From Myxococcota bacterium (GTDB taxonomy: Bacteria > Myxococcota_A > UBA796 > SXON01): DNA of 64,000 bases. How positions within the stretch are numbered: position 1 is the first letter of the stretch; the number at the start of each line of letters is the position of its first letter. Positions 51,062 through 60,718 of this stretch are shown here, in pieces. A program made the position numbers and the translations under genes. A model generated the notes under the pieces. It saw only the letters and a list, made by a program, of their open reading frames with translations. It did no database searches and was not told the DNA's origin. Location: the NCBI GenBank assembly GCA_040386535.1, contig JAZKFH010000025.1, positions 1 to 64,000 of the forward strand, given 5' to 3'.

Positions 51062-54000
51062 TCAGTCGCACGCCCCCGCGCCCACCAGCCGCTCCCGCCC
51101 GGTCGCGCCGGCCACCACGTCGTCTACCGCGTACAACATCGGCAGCGTGTCGTTGGCGAGCCAGAGCTCGGTCTGGTCGGAGAAGTAGGGGCTGTCGATC
51201 ATCGACGACTGGCCGCCGGGGATGACGTTGCGCCCGCTCACGCCGTCCGGGCCGAGCGCGATGACCATGCGGAACACCGGGCCCGAGCCGTGGGTGAAGT
51301 CGGTCCCGAAGCCGGAGTTGGCGGCGTCGACGGCGAGGTTGTCGCCGGGGCGCGGGAACCACTCGATGCGCTCGGTGCCGGCCTCGCCCGCGAGCGGCAA
51401 CACGTCGGAGTTGATGGAGAACTGGTCGGTGAGGAAGCTGAACTCCTCGGCGTCGACGAAGTCGGCCAGCACGCTCTCGAAGCGGGTCCAGTGGCGCAGG
51501 CCCCACTTCCAGCCGCTCATGTCGGTGGTGCCGAAGCCGGAGCCGCGCAGGTCCGAGCCGGGGGCGGTGCGCAGGAAGGCCAATGCGTCGCCCAGGGCGA
51601 GCAGGGCCACCTCGTCGCTGGTCTCCACGACCTCGGTGTTCGCGTCGTCGAAGAACACGCTCTCCTGGGTCTCGCTGTTCCAGCTCGCGAGGTCGCCGGG
51701 GTTGCCCGCGCCGCGGCCGGCCAGGAACGCGGTCAACGCGCGCGTCTTGCCCGCGGTGCCGCCGCCGTTCCAGACGCCGGGAAGGGCCTCGTCGGCGAAC
51801 ACCCGGTCGTCCCACTGGCCGAGCCACGCATTGAACAACATGGTGGCGACGCTGTCGTCGATCTGCTCGGCGGTGGGCGTGTGGTAGAAGGTCTGCACCC
51901 CGCTCTCGGCCTCCGCGCCGCGCGCAAGCCACGCGGAGACGCGCGACTCCACCTCGTCGAACGCGGCCGCGTCCGCCGCGTACAAGGCGGCGATGCGCCC
52001 CTCCGCGCCGTCGACCTCTCCGGAGGCGGCAGCTGTCCGGCCCGCGACGATCGCATCGGCGAGGTGCCCGCCGAATTGGAAGCCCAGCGCGCTCTTGTGG
52101 TCCGCCTGGATGGACGCCATGGCCGCCTCGTCCACGGTGCCCGCCACGATCTGCTCGTCGATGCGCTCGGCGATGCGGAACGCGCGCCAGCCTTCCACCC
52201 AGGGGCCGCCGATGTACCAGGGCTCGTCCCACAGGTCGTTGTCGAGCGTGATGGAGCCGGGGTCGTTGTTGCCGTTGACGATGTAGCCCTCGACCGGATC
52301 CAACGCAGCCGGGTAGTCGGCGAACGGCACGACACAGCGGCTCGGGTCCGCGGCCTGGGACTCGTCCACCATGCCGTCTGCCAGCACGGGGATCTCGAAC
52401 CCGCCGTAGGTGGTGCCGTCGAGCAGGAACTGGGGATTGGCGCCGTCGATCCAGCGCCCGTCGGCCTCGCGCGGCAGGTACCCGCGGCACGGCACCGCCT
52501 GGTAGCCGGTGTACAACACGCTCCCCGAGCTGTCGGCCACGCCGATGTTCTGGCTGTAGGCCACGAGGTAGCGCGTCGCCTCGCGCACCTCTTCCACGTT
52601 CTCCGAGTGGCCGAAGCGGTCGACCGCGTTGAGCAGGTTGCCGTCCGAAAAAGCGGTGTAGTCGAACGACACCGCGCTCACGATCCCGTCACCGTCGGTG
52701 TCCCCGGGGATCACCGCCCCGCCGGGGAACACGACCGCGCCCTCGGTGTCCATCGCGACCGCGTTGCCCTCGACCTCCGCGATCCAGCGCCCGTCGAACG
52801 TGGTGTAACGGGCCCACGAATACGTGCGGCCCACGCTGCCGAGCAGCGGCACGTCCGCGATGGTGTGCCCTTCCGTCACGACGGAGACCGGCTGCCAGGC
52901 GCCCTGGAAATACGTGGCGGACGGTTTTCCGTCGCTGCCGAGCTGCACCTGCTCGGTGTACCAGTCGGTGATGTCACCCATCAGCTGGGTCTGGTCCCAC
53001 GCCACGTCGCCGTTGGTGCCGACCGCGAGGATGGGCAGGCCCGGGATGCCGAGGCCGAGCTGGTGGGTGTCACCGCCGCCGAGCTCGCGCGTGTCGAGCC
53101 CCACCTGCCAGAACAGGCTCGGCACGGAGAGGGGAAGGTGACCGTCCCCCGCGAGGATGGCCGTGCCGTTGCCGGTGACGCTCGCGCCCACGGCCCAGAC
53201 GTTGCTGCCCCAGCCCGCCTCGTTGTCACCCCGCCCGAGGCGCCGCTCGAAGCGCTCGAGCCGCGCCGCGAGGGCCCCGAGGCGCGCGCCGCCGGTGGGC
53301 CCGGTGGGCATCCGCGCCGCGGACGACGACGAGGAGCCGGTGGCCCCGGCGCCGTTGAGGCCCCAGCCCGGCGCCGAGGCGGCCGGCCAGACGGGCGTGA
53401 TCTGCGACCAGATGTCCTGCTCCACACCGGCCTGCCGCAGGGCGCCGAGCGGCGTGCCCGTGTCGAACAGGCCGCCGGACACGAGCGCGTCCGTGTAGGC
53501 GCGGCCCACGTCGTCCGTCTCGTAGCCGAGCTCGTACACGAGCACGGCCGCCACACCCGCGAGGTCACGCCGCTGCCAATCCACGAGCAGCTCGGTCGGA
53601 TCGGTCACCCCGAGGAACGGGCCCGCGATCTCGAGCTCGCTCGGCAGGGGGAGCGTGCCGGCGCGCACCTGCGCGAGGTAGGCGTTCACGCCCTCGGCGA
53701 ACCCGTCGAAGATCCGCGCCTGCTCGTCGGGCAGGTGCGCGAGCATGTTGTCGGCCACCCACGTCATGCCCGTGGAACGGCTGTCCATGTCGGTCTCGAG
53801 CGCCGCGTCGCCGAGGATCTCGGAGAGGGTGCCGAGCCCGAGCCGCCGCGCCAGCTCCATCTCGAAGTAGCGGTCCCGCGCCTGGGTGAACCCGTAGGCG
53901 CGCGCGAGGTCGACGCGGTCCTTCGCGTAGATGTGTGGCACGTTGCCGGCGGTGCGCACCACCTGGGCGTCACACGTCAGGCCGGGGATGGTGAAGGAGG

Positions 54001-54106
54001 CGGTCTCCGCGACGTCGAGCAGCGCCGACGGGGTGGCGGGGACGGGCTTCGGCTCGTCCTCCTTGCAGCCGGACAAGGCGAGGAGCAGCACGAGGGAAGG
54101 GGACAC
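51062..54106 (-). CDS. penicillin acylase family (Ntn-hydrolase) lipoprotein
   Basis: VPHIYA, G..QARDR.F.M, GSNVWAV cleavage site, D.HL, PGGQS. Confidence 0.92.
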   Translation of the reverse strand: MSPSLVLLLALSGCKEDEPKPVPATPSALLDVAETASFTIPGLTCDAQVVRTAGNVPHIYAKDRVDLARAYGFTQARDRYFEMELARRLGLGTLSEILGDAALETDMDSRSTGMTWVADNMLAHLPDEQARIFDGFAEGVNAYLAQVRAGTLPLPSELEIAGPFLGVTDPTELLVDWQRRDLAGVAAVLVYELGYETDDVGRAYTDALVSGGLFDTGTPLGALRQAGVEQDIWSQITPVWPAASAPGWGLNGAGATGSSSSSAARMPTGPTGGARLGALAARLERFERRLGRGDNEAGWGSNVWAVGASVTGNGTAILAGDGHLPLSVPSLFWQVGLDTRELGGGDTHQLGLGIPGLPILAVGTNGDVAWDQTQLMGDITDWYTEQVQLGSDGKPSATYFQGAWQPVSVVTEGHTIADVPLLGSVGRTYSWARYTTFDGRWIAEVEGNAVAMDTEGAVVFPGGAVIPGDTDGDGIVSAVSFDYTAFSDGNLLNAVDRFGHSENVEEVREATRYLVAYSQNIGVADSSGSVLYTGYQAVPCRGYLPREADGRWIDGANPQFLLDGTTYGGFEIPVLADGMVDESQAADPSRCVVPFADYPAALDPVEGYIVNGNNDPGSITLDNDLWDEPWYIGGPWVEGWRAFRIAERIDEQIVAGTVDEAAMASIQADHKSALGFQFGGHLADAIVAGRTAAASGEVDGAEGRIAALYAADAAAFDEVESRVSAWLARGAEAESGVQTFYHTPTAEQIDDSVATMLFNAWLGQWDDRVFADEALPGVWNGGGTAGKTRALTAFLAGRGAGNPGDLASWNSETQESVFFDDANTEVVETSDEVALLALGDALAFLRTAPGSDLRGSGFGTTDMSGWKWGLRHWTRFESVLADFVDAEEFSFLTDQFSINSDVLPLAGEAGTERIEWFPRPGDNLAVDAANSGFGTDFTHGSGPVFRMVIALGPDGVSGRNVIPGGQSSMIDSPYFSDQTELWLANDTLPMLYAVDDVVAGATGRERLVGAGACD

Positions 54107-54163
54107 GAGACCTCCGAGCGGGCGCAGGGTACCACCGCGGCGCCACGGCGGGGTCCGTGCTCG

Positions 54164-54586
54164 CTACCGGGAGGGCTTCTTGGGCGGATCGCGACGGTAG
54201 TACAGCGCCCGGATCGTGCGCGGCTGCTCTCCCGCGAGGGCCAACGCGAGCGAACGCCCGGTGAGCGTGCCTGTCACCCGCCAGAGGCTGGTCGGCACCT
54301 CCATGTGGTCCTCGTGCCACCACCCCGCGACGGCGCCCGCGCGGTCGATCTCGAGGAGGAAGGAGTAGGTGACCAGCGTGTCGCCCGGCTCGTCGTGCTC
54401 GTGCAGGCGGTGCCCGACGAGGAGCCAGGTGGTGGTGCCCTTCTCGGGCACGAGCGCGGGCGTGAACGCGGTGGTGATGGCGTCCTGCTGCTTCGCCGCG
54501 ACCGGGTCGACCGCGCGGTCCTCCCAGGACCGGGTCGACACGAGCACGACGGGCTCCCCGCCGAGGTCGGCCTGGAGGACGATCAC
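54164..54586 (-). CDS. hypothetical protein coupled to the DUF4157 effector gene (candidate immunity/accessory)
   Basis: GTGA overlap with upstream stop; 140 aa; no family recognised. Confidence 0.55.
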   Translation of the reverse strand: MIVLQADLGGEPVVLVSTRSWEDRAVDPVAAKQQDAITTAFTPALVPEKGTTTWLLVGHRLHEHDEPGDTLVTYSFLLEIDRAGAVAGWWHEDHMEVPTSLWRVTGTLTGRSLALALAGEQPRTIRALYYRRDPPKKPSR

Positions 54587-56007
54587 CGCTTGGCCTTGGG
54601 CTCGAGGAAGCGGACCACCTTGCCCTCGGTCTTCACGTTGGTGCCCTTCTTCATCGTGTAGACCTGCTCGCTCTCCGCGGCGCGCTCCTGCTCGGCGCCG
54701 ACGATGTCGAACTTCCAGGTGTCGGTCTCCTCGTCCACGTTCTCGACGGTGACGAAGCTGGAGAGGACGGCGATGTGGGACTCGTCCGAGCCGCTCCCGC
54801 CGTCCCGCTGCCACAAGTGGCCGGGGCGGGCGCTCGCGACGGGCACCTCCTTGTAGGCGCCCGAGGTCTCCGCGCTTCCGGCCGTGGCGTAGTGTTTGTT
54901 CTCGGTGATCGCGGGCTTCCAGCCGGCCTGGAACACCACGTCGTTCGCGAACACCGAACACTTCCAGAAGCTCGTGCCCCAGTTGACCTTGTACTCGGTC
55001 TTCCCGCCAATCTTGGTGGCGTTCTTCGGGCCCGCGCCGGCGAGCGCGAGGTTGGGCGTGCAGAACTTTCCGTCCAGCCCGGCGACGCCGTAGCTCTCGC
55101 CCACGTCTCCGCTGGCCCGGGAGCGCGCGGCCTTCATGATCTCGTCGTTCGAGCCCTTCGCCACGCTCACGTAGAGGTTCGTGCCCGACTCCATGCTGCC
55201 GGCCTTCTCGACACATTGGCCGTAGAGGATCTCGGCGCTCGACGGCACGTAGAGTTGGACCCCCGCGGCCAACGTCGGGGTGACACGCTGGGGCGATTCG
55301 CCGCCCGCCTCGGCCACGGTCTGGACGTGCGTGTTGAACGCGGCGAGGTGCCCCACCTTCATGCCGTGCGCGTCGGCGACCTTCTCCCATGCCGAGCCCT
55401 CGCCGTCGGCCATGTCGGCGGCGGTGACGGTGTAGGTCGCGCCGGCGGCGAGCTTGACCGCCTTCACGTCGGTCGAGCGGCCGGGGAGGTCCGCGTCACG
55501 ATGGACGCCGTGCCCGTCGCTCTCGGACTCCACCTCGACCTGCTCCCCGCGGGCGGCGGCCGTGGCGGCGCTGGCGGCCTCGCGCTCGGAGGTGTCGCCC
55601 GGGCGGCTCACGCCTTGCCCGCGGTGCCCCTGGAGGACGTGGGCCACCTCTTCCGCGACCTGCTCGCGATCGGGGTTGGCGGTGGAGAAGAACACCTCGC
55701 TGCCGGAGGCGGCGGCCGCGCCCTCGATGCCGTCGAGATCGACGCCGAGCCACGCCACGACCTCGGAGAGATCGGCCCCGAAGGAGGCCTCGAGCTCCGA
55801 GCGGAAGGGGAGCGTGGACGGCGCGCCACGGCGGGCCTCGGTGAGCACGGCGCCCTCGAGGCCGGTGGACTGCGGGGGGGCGCGGCGCACGTCCCGGAGG
55901 CCGGCGTTGCCGAGCTGGTCCTGGCGGGACGGGGCGCCACGGCCGGCGGCGGGGCCCGCGCTGGGAGCGGGGGAGCGTGCGGGACGGGCGCGGGAGTGGT
56001 CGGGCAT
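54583..56007 (-). CDS. DUF4157 (eCIS core) domain protein with LysM-like domain and C-terminal Cys/His (NlpC/P60-CHAP-like) domain
   Basis: LGN, LP....E..FG.DLS.V, AEEVAHVLQ, EREA; YTV...W..VA..HG...L..FN...L..G..L.VP; KCSVF...RPG...SHIAV. Confidence 0.72.
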   Translation of the reverse strand: MPDHSRARPARSPAPSAGPAAGRGAPSRQDQLGNAGLRDVRRAPPQSTGLEGAVLTEARRGAPSTLPFRSELEASFGADLSEVVAWLGVDLDGIEGAAAASGSEVFFSTANPDREQVAEEVAHVLQGHRGQGVSRPGDTSEREAASAATAAARGEQVEVESESDGHGVHRDADLPGRSTDVKAVKLAAGATYTVTAADMADGEGSAWEKVADAHGMKVGHLAAFNTHVQTVAEAGGESPQRVTPTLAAGVQLYVPSSAEILYGQCVEKAGSMESGTNLYVSVAKGSNDEIMKAARSRASGDVGESYGVAGLDGKFCTPNLALAGAGPKNATKIGGKTEYKVNWGTSFWKCSVFANDVVFQAGWKPAITENKHYATAGSAETSGAYKEVPVASARPGHLWQRDGGSGSDESHIAVLSSFVTVENVDEETDTWKFDIVGAEQERAAESEQVYTMKKGTNVKTEGKVVRFLEPKAKR

Positions 56008-56132
56008 GAAAAGGCTCCGCTCGCGGCGCGGATAGCACGAATTCCAAGTCGTTGCCTGCGCCTCGCGCCCCAGCGTGCCGACAGGGCGACGCCGCGAGGG
56101 CCGCCGACATAGAGGACGCGCGGAGGTCAGCC

Positions 56133-58283
56133 GTGGCCGAGATCGTGACGGGTGAGGTGTTGGGTGGGCGCTTGCGCGTGCTCGGGGCGCTGGGGCGCGG
56201 TGGCATGGCCACGGTGCACCTCGTGGAGGAGATCGCGACCGGAGAGCGGCTCGCGCTCAAGGTGCTGCACCCCCACCTCTCCGCGGATCCCTCGGCGCGC
56301 CGCCGGTTGGAGCGGGAGGTCGCGGCGGGGCGGCGGCTGCACCACACCGGCCTGCTCACGGCGCGGGAGCTGTTCGAGGCGGACGGTGTGGTCGGGCTCC
56401 TGCTCCCGTTGCACCCCGGCCGCACGCTGGCCGAGCGTGTGGCGATGGAGGGCCCACTCCCGCCGGACCAGGTCGTGCGGCTGGGGCTCCGCCTCGCCGA
56501 AGCGCTGGGGGCCGCGCACCGCGCCGGGGTCCTGCACCGCGACGTGACGGCGCGGAACGTGATGGTCGACGACCGCGGCACGCCCATGCTGACGGACCTG
56601 GGCCTCGCGCGGATCGGCGAGGGCGGCACGGCGCGGAGCACCGCGCTCATCGGCACCGCCGGGTTCCTCGCGCCCGAGGTGCTCGCGGGTGTGCGCGCCG
56701 ATCCCCGCTCGGACCTCTACGGGCTGGGCGCGGTGCTCTACCTCGCGGCTACCGGCACGGAGCCATTTGCCGCCGCGCACCCGCACGCCGCGCTCCAGAA
56801 GCAGATGGCGGGCGAGGTGGCACCCATCGCCACGTGGGTCCCGGGCTTCCCGCCGTGGCTGGAGACGCTGATCCGGGGGCTGCTCGACCCCGAGCCGGAC
56901 CGCCGTCCCCAAGGTGCCGCCGCGGTCGTGGCGGCGCTGGAGGAGGGGCGCGCGCCCGAAGCCGCGGGCGCTCGGGAAGCTCGAACGGCGAGGCCGACCC
57001 CGGGCGTGCCTAGTGCGCAACCGAACCCCTCGGCGCGCATCGTGAGCGCACGCCTCCCGGAGGGGACGTACACCGTGGTGGTGATGGAGGCGCGCGACGG
57101 CCGCGATGCACGCAAGGCCAGGCGGGCGCTGCGCAAAGGCGCCGAGCGGGCGCGGGCCGCAGCGGCGCGTCACGGCGGCGTCGTGGCCGATGTGTCACGG
57201 CTCGTGGGGCAGGCCGCGGCGGCGTTCGACGGCACGAACGGCACGGAGCCTTCGACCGAGGCGCGTCTCGCGGCGGCGGTCGGCGCGGCCGCCGGCCTCC
57301 CAGAGGGCGGGCTGCGCGAGGTGACGGCGCTGAACGCCCGCATGTTCCGGCTCGTGGCGCACGTCGATCGGCCCACGGCCGAGCGGCTCGCCAACGAGGC
57401 GCGCGCGCTCGAGCTGTTCGCGACCGTCCACCCGGAGCGTGAGCCCACCGACTTCAGCGGCTGGCTGCTGTCGCGCTGGTGGGCGCTCATCCCGCTGATG
57501 TGGATCGCGTTTCCGCCGCTGGTCGTGCTCACGGAGTGGCCGCTGCTCGTGTTCCTCTTCGCCGGGCTCACGGTGGCGCTCGCGACGCTCGTGGGGCCGT
57601 GGGTGGGGCGACACATGTTGCCGAAGTCCGCGCGTGATCTGCCCGTGGCCTACACCGACGACCTCGCGCCGCACCTGGCGGGCGGGCTGCGCGCGGGCCC
57701 GGCAGCCACCCCCGAAGTGACGACAGCGCCCGCCTCCTCGACCGCGGCGAGCCGCGTCGCGACCCTCTCCGCGCAAGCCCTCGCCGCCCTCGAAGGGCTC
57801 GACGCCGCCGTCTCGGCCGGCAAGGACCTGCCTCCGCTGGTGATGGGCGACCTGCGCGCCTCGGTCTCCGACCTGCGCCGGGAGGTGCACGGCATCGCCG
57901 CGGACGCCGCCGGCATGGAGGCCGAGCTCGCGAGCGCCGTGCGCGATGCCCAGGCCGACACCGGGGGCGCGTGGGCCAGCGAGCGGCTCGCGCGGCTCGA
58001 CACCCTGGCGCGCGGCGGCGCCGCCGGCGATCCGGTGGAGCGCGCGCGCCTCCTCGCGGCGATCGCGGCGCACGAGGCGGCGGCTGTCGCCGAGAGCGCG
58101 CTGGACGCGCGGCTCACCGCGGACCTGGCGCGCTTGCTGGAGATCGACGCGACAGCGCGGCGCCTGCGTCGCGAGCTCGCGCTGGAGCGCGGCGCCTCGC
58201 GGGGGCCGGAGCAGGCCCTGGTCGACCTGCAGACGCGCGCGCGGGCAGCGGCGGAGGCGCGGCGGGAGCTGGTGGGGCGCTGA
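56133..58283 (+). CDS. membrane Ser/Thr protein kinase with long helical C-terminus
   Basis: LGRGGMATV, ALK, HRDVTARN, DLG, GT..FLAPE, SDLYGLG; two TM helices; GGAGG RBS. Confidence 0.88.
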   Translation: MAEIVTGEVLGGRLRVLGALGRGGMATVHLVEEIATGERLALKVLHPHLSADPSARRRLEREVAAGRRLHHTGLLTARELFEADGVVGLLLPLHPGRTLAERVAMEGPLPPDQVVRLGLRLAEALGAAHRAGVLHRDVTARNVMVDDRGTPMLTDLGLARIGEGGTARSTALIGTAGFLAPEVLAGVRADPRSDLYGLGAVLYLAATGTEPFAAAHPHAALQKQMAGEVAPIATWVPGFPPWLETLIRGLLDPEPDRRPQGAAAVVAALEEGRAPEAAGAREARTARPTPGVPSAQPNPSARIVSARLPEGTYTVVVMEARDGRDARKARRALRKGAERARAAAARHGGVVADVSRLVGQAAAAFDGTNGTEPSTEARLAAAVGAAAGLPEGGLREVTALNARMFRLVAHVDRPTAERLANEARALELFATVHPEREPTDFSGWLLSRWWALIPLMWIAFPPLVVLTEWPLLVFLFAGLTVALATLVGPWVGRHMLPKSARDLPVAYTDDLAPHLAGGLRAGPAATPEVTTAPASSTAASRVATLSAQALAALEGLDAAVSAGKDLPPLVMGDLRASVSDLRREVHGIAADAAGMEAELASAVRDAQADTGGAWASERLARLDTLARGGAAGDPVERARLLAAIAAHEAAAVAESALDARLTADLARLLEIDATARRLRRELALERGASRGPEQALVDLQTRARAAAEARRELVGR

Positions 58284-58301
58284 TACACCAGGGGCGGGCT
58301 T

Positions 58302-58360
58302 GATACATTCGATACATGTGTCGAGCCATTTGATACATGTATCGAACCGTCTGATACATA
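58302..58360. repeat. AT-richer GATACA-containing 21-bp-period palindromic repeats between convergent genes
   Basis: GATACA at 58302, 58311, 58332 and 58353 (also 58282); perfect palindrome GATACATGTATC at 58332-58343. Confidence 0.8.
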
Positions 58361-58442
58361 CGGGCCGCGCCCCGCCCGCACCGTCGCCGCGGTGGCCGCG
58401 TCCTCGCGGACCAGCCGCCCGGATCGGTGGCTTCCTTCCCCC

Positions 58443-59267
58443 TCAACCCTCGTGGACGAACGCCTCGATCGCCCCGAACTCGAACACGATCGAGAGCGCG
58501 TCGCATGTGCCCTCGTCGTTCGGCTCGAGGTCCGCCGCGGCGCCTACCAGCCCGCGCACGAGGGGGGCGATGTCGGCGAGGTCGCCCTCGTCGACGATGA
58601 CGAGGATGTCGGACGTCGGCACCGCGCCGCCGAAGTAGCCCCAGCCGATGCGCCCGTCCTCGGCGAGGTCGAGGCGGAGCCACGTGTCCCGAAGGCCGAA
58701 GGTGACCTCCACGTCGAGCACCTGCAGCTCAAGCGGGAGCTTGAACGGGCCGGCGCGGACGCTGCCGTTCACCAGGGGCACACACGTGAGCTCGGCCGGC
58801 TGGGTGCCCGGCGCCACCGCGAAGGTCTGCCCGTCGAGCAGGGTGCCGTCCGTGCCGATGAGCGGCGTGCCGGTGCCGCGGACCACGCGCACGTCGACAC
58901 ACTCGTCGTTCAGTGGGTCGTCCACGTTGGAGAGTTCGACCAGCAGGAGCAGCTCGCCGTTCTCGATGCTGTCCTGCACCAGGCTCTCGACCGCGCCGGC
59001 CTCGCTCGCCTCGAGGGCGGGGACGATGCCGGAGAAGGCGCTGTCGATGCCGGGGAGGCCGTCCCCGTCGACCAGATCGGCGTGGCCGCAGCCCTCGTCG
59101 TCTCCGGCCTCGCTGACGTGGTGGTCCACGTCGAAGCCCCAGGCCACGCCCGCGTCGTCACGGCGGCCGAAGCCGAGCGAGGACATGACGATCGCCCGGG
59201 TCTCGGGATCGGCGACCACCGCATCGTCGGGAGCGGGCTGGCACGCGAAGAGGGTGAGGAGCAACAT
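58443..59267 (-). CDS. hypothetical acidic lipoprotein (third gene of the DUF1592/DUF1552 operon)
   Basis: TGATG coupling; LFAC lipobox; GF.VD, GID..F, C.A.S..F.F motifs. Confidence 0.75.
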   Translation of the reverse strand: MLLLTLFACQPAPDDAVVADPETRAIVMSSLGFGRRDDAGVAWGFDVDHHVSEAGDDEGCGHADLVDGDGLPGIDSAFSGIVPALEASEAGAVESLVQDSIENGELLLLVELSNVDDPLNDECVDVRVVRGTGTPLIGTDGTLLDGQTFAVAPGTQPAELTCVPLVNGSVRAGPFKLPLELQVLDVEVTFGLRDTWLRLDLAEDGRIGWGYFGGAVPTSDILVIVDEGDLADIAPLVRGLVGAAADLEPNDEGTCDALSIVFEFGAIEAFVHEG

Positions 59268-60718
59268 CAGAAGAGCTCCAGCTCGCTGACGCCGTCGTCG
59301 ACTTCCGCGTCGCCGGCGCCCCAGGTGGCCACGTTCACGTCCATCGCGCGGAGCACCGACACCATCACCTTGCCGACGTTCTCCTGGGTGTAGCTGCGCA
59401 CGTGCCGCCCGGTCACGATGCGACCGCACCCGCCGCCCGCGAGGAGCACCGGCATCTCGTCGAGGCTGTGGGTCCGCCCCTCGCTGGTCTCGCTGCACGC
59501 GAGCACGAGCGTGTTGTCGAGCACCGTGCCGTCGCCCTCGGGGACCCCGTCGAGCGCGCCGAGAAAATCGGCGAGGCAGCTCATCAGGTACGTCGTGATG
59601 CCCTCGACCTCGGGCTGCTCGCCGGCCTCGTTGTGCGTGAGGTTGTGGTGCCCGTCCGACGCGTCGGGGAAGAGCGCGTTGTTGAGCGGGCGGGTGATCT
59701 GGAGGGTCACCACGCGGGTCTGGTCGCACGCGAAGGACATCGCGACGAGCTGGGACATCGCGGCGTGGATCGCCTGGATCTGCGGGCGGCCGTCGACCTC
59801 CGGGTAGCTCTCGCCGGGTGCTTCGGCGCGGACACAGCTGGCGAGATCGGGAGGGTCTTCCTGGAGCCTGCTCAAGCGCTCCTCGAGCGATGCGATGCCT
59901 TCGAGGTGTTGGTCCAGCCGGATGCGATCGGCGGCTCCCAACTCGGTTTGGAGGGAGCGCACATCCTCCATCACGGCGTCGAGCACGCGGCGTCGGTAGC
60001 CGAGGGCGGGATCGGGCTCGCTCTTGCCACCCGGCTCACGGAAGCTGTCCCCGAAGAGGCGTTGGTAGAGGGTCCACGGGTCGGTCTCGCCGTAGTTGGG
60101 CGCGTTGGGCCCGGCGTAGGAGAGCACCTCGTCCGTCTGCACGCCGATCTGCATGGAGGCGTACGCCGTTTCCCCGCCGATCGCGTCCGCCACGACCTGA
60201 TCGAGGGTGGGCGCGGCCATCGTCCAGTCGTCGTCATCGCCTTCGATCTGCTGCCCCGTGAGCAGCCCGGCGGCGCCCGACCAGTGGGGGCTGATGTTGT
60301 CGACCTTCGCCGAGTAGCCGCTGCACACCGTGAGGCGGTCCTGGAAGGCGGCCAAGGGGGCCAGCTCCTCGGAGAGGGTCCACGTCTCGCCAACGCCGGT
60401 GGGCGTCCACTTGTCGGGGCGGTTGCCGTTGCCCCAGAACCAGAGCACGAGCCGCTTGGGGAGGCCGTTGTCGCAGGTGTCGGCCCGCGCGCGCCGCCCG
60501 GCGAAGATCTCCAGCCAGGGGAGCGCCAGGGTGACGGCGCTGCCGCGCACGAGCCCGCGGAGAAACCCTCGGCGCGTGGGGGTGGGACCCTTTTGGGCGA
60601 GGCTACGGGGGCGCGCGGGGACGAGGCCGCGGGGGCGCAACAGGCCGGTGCGGGGATCGCGGATCCAGCGGGGTTCGGCGGTGCTTGGGAGACCGTTTGG
60701 GACACGGGGGGCCTTCAT
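59267..60718 (-). CDS. DUF1552 domain protein (Tat-like signal)
   Basis: TRRGFLRG, LPWLE, TLDQ.VA, RLDQHL..I..LE.RL, ACD.TRV, HH.LTH, E.DGTVLDN. Confidence 0.88.
   Translation of the reverse strand: MKAPRVPNGLPSTAEPRWIRDPRTGLLRPRGLVPARPRSLAQKGPTPTRRGFLRGLVRGSAVTLALPWLEIFAGRRARADTCDNGLPKRLVLWFWGNGNRPDKWTPTGVGETWTLSEELAPLAAFQDRLTVCSGYSAKVDNISPHWSGAAGLLTGQQIEGDDDDWTMAAPTLDQVVADAIGGETAYASMQIGVQTDEVLSYAGPNAPNYGETDPWTLYQRLFGDSFREPGGKSEPDPALGYRRRVLDAVMEDVRSLQTELGAADRIRLDQHLEGIASLEERLSRLQEDPPDLASCVRAEAPGESYPEVDGRPQIQAIHAAMSQLVAMSFACDQTRVVTLQITRPLNNALFPDASDGHHNLTHNEAGEQPEVEGITTYLMSCLADFLGALDGVPEGDGTVLDNTLVLACSETSEGRTHSLDEMPVLLAGGGCGRIVTGRHVRSYTQENVGKVMVSVLRAMDVNVATWGAGDAEVDDGVSELELF

Noticed and set aside
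50726..54661. 1311-aa plus-strand ORF
   Set aside because: Antisense shadow of the penicillin acylase gene, typical of high-GC DNA
58282..58360. Mini-CRISPR
   Set aside because: The 21-bp period leaves no room for unique spacers; no cas genes in the window
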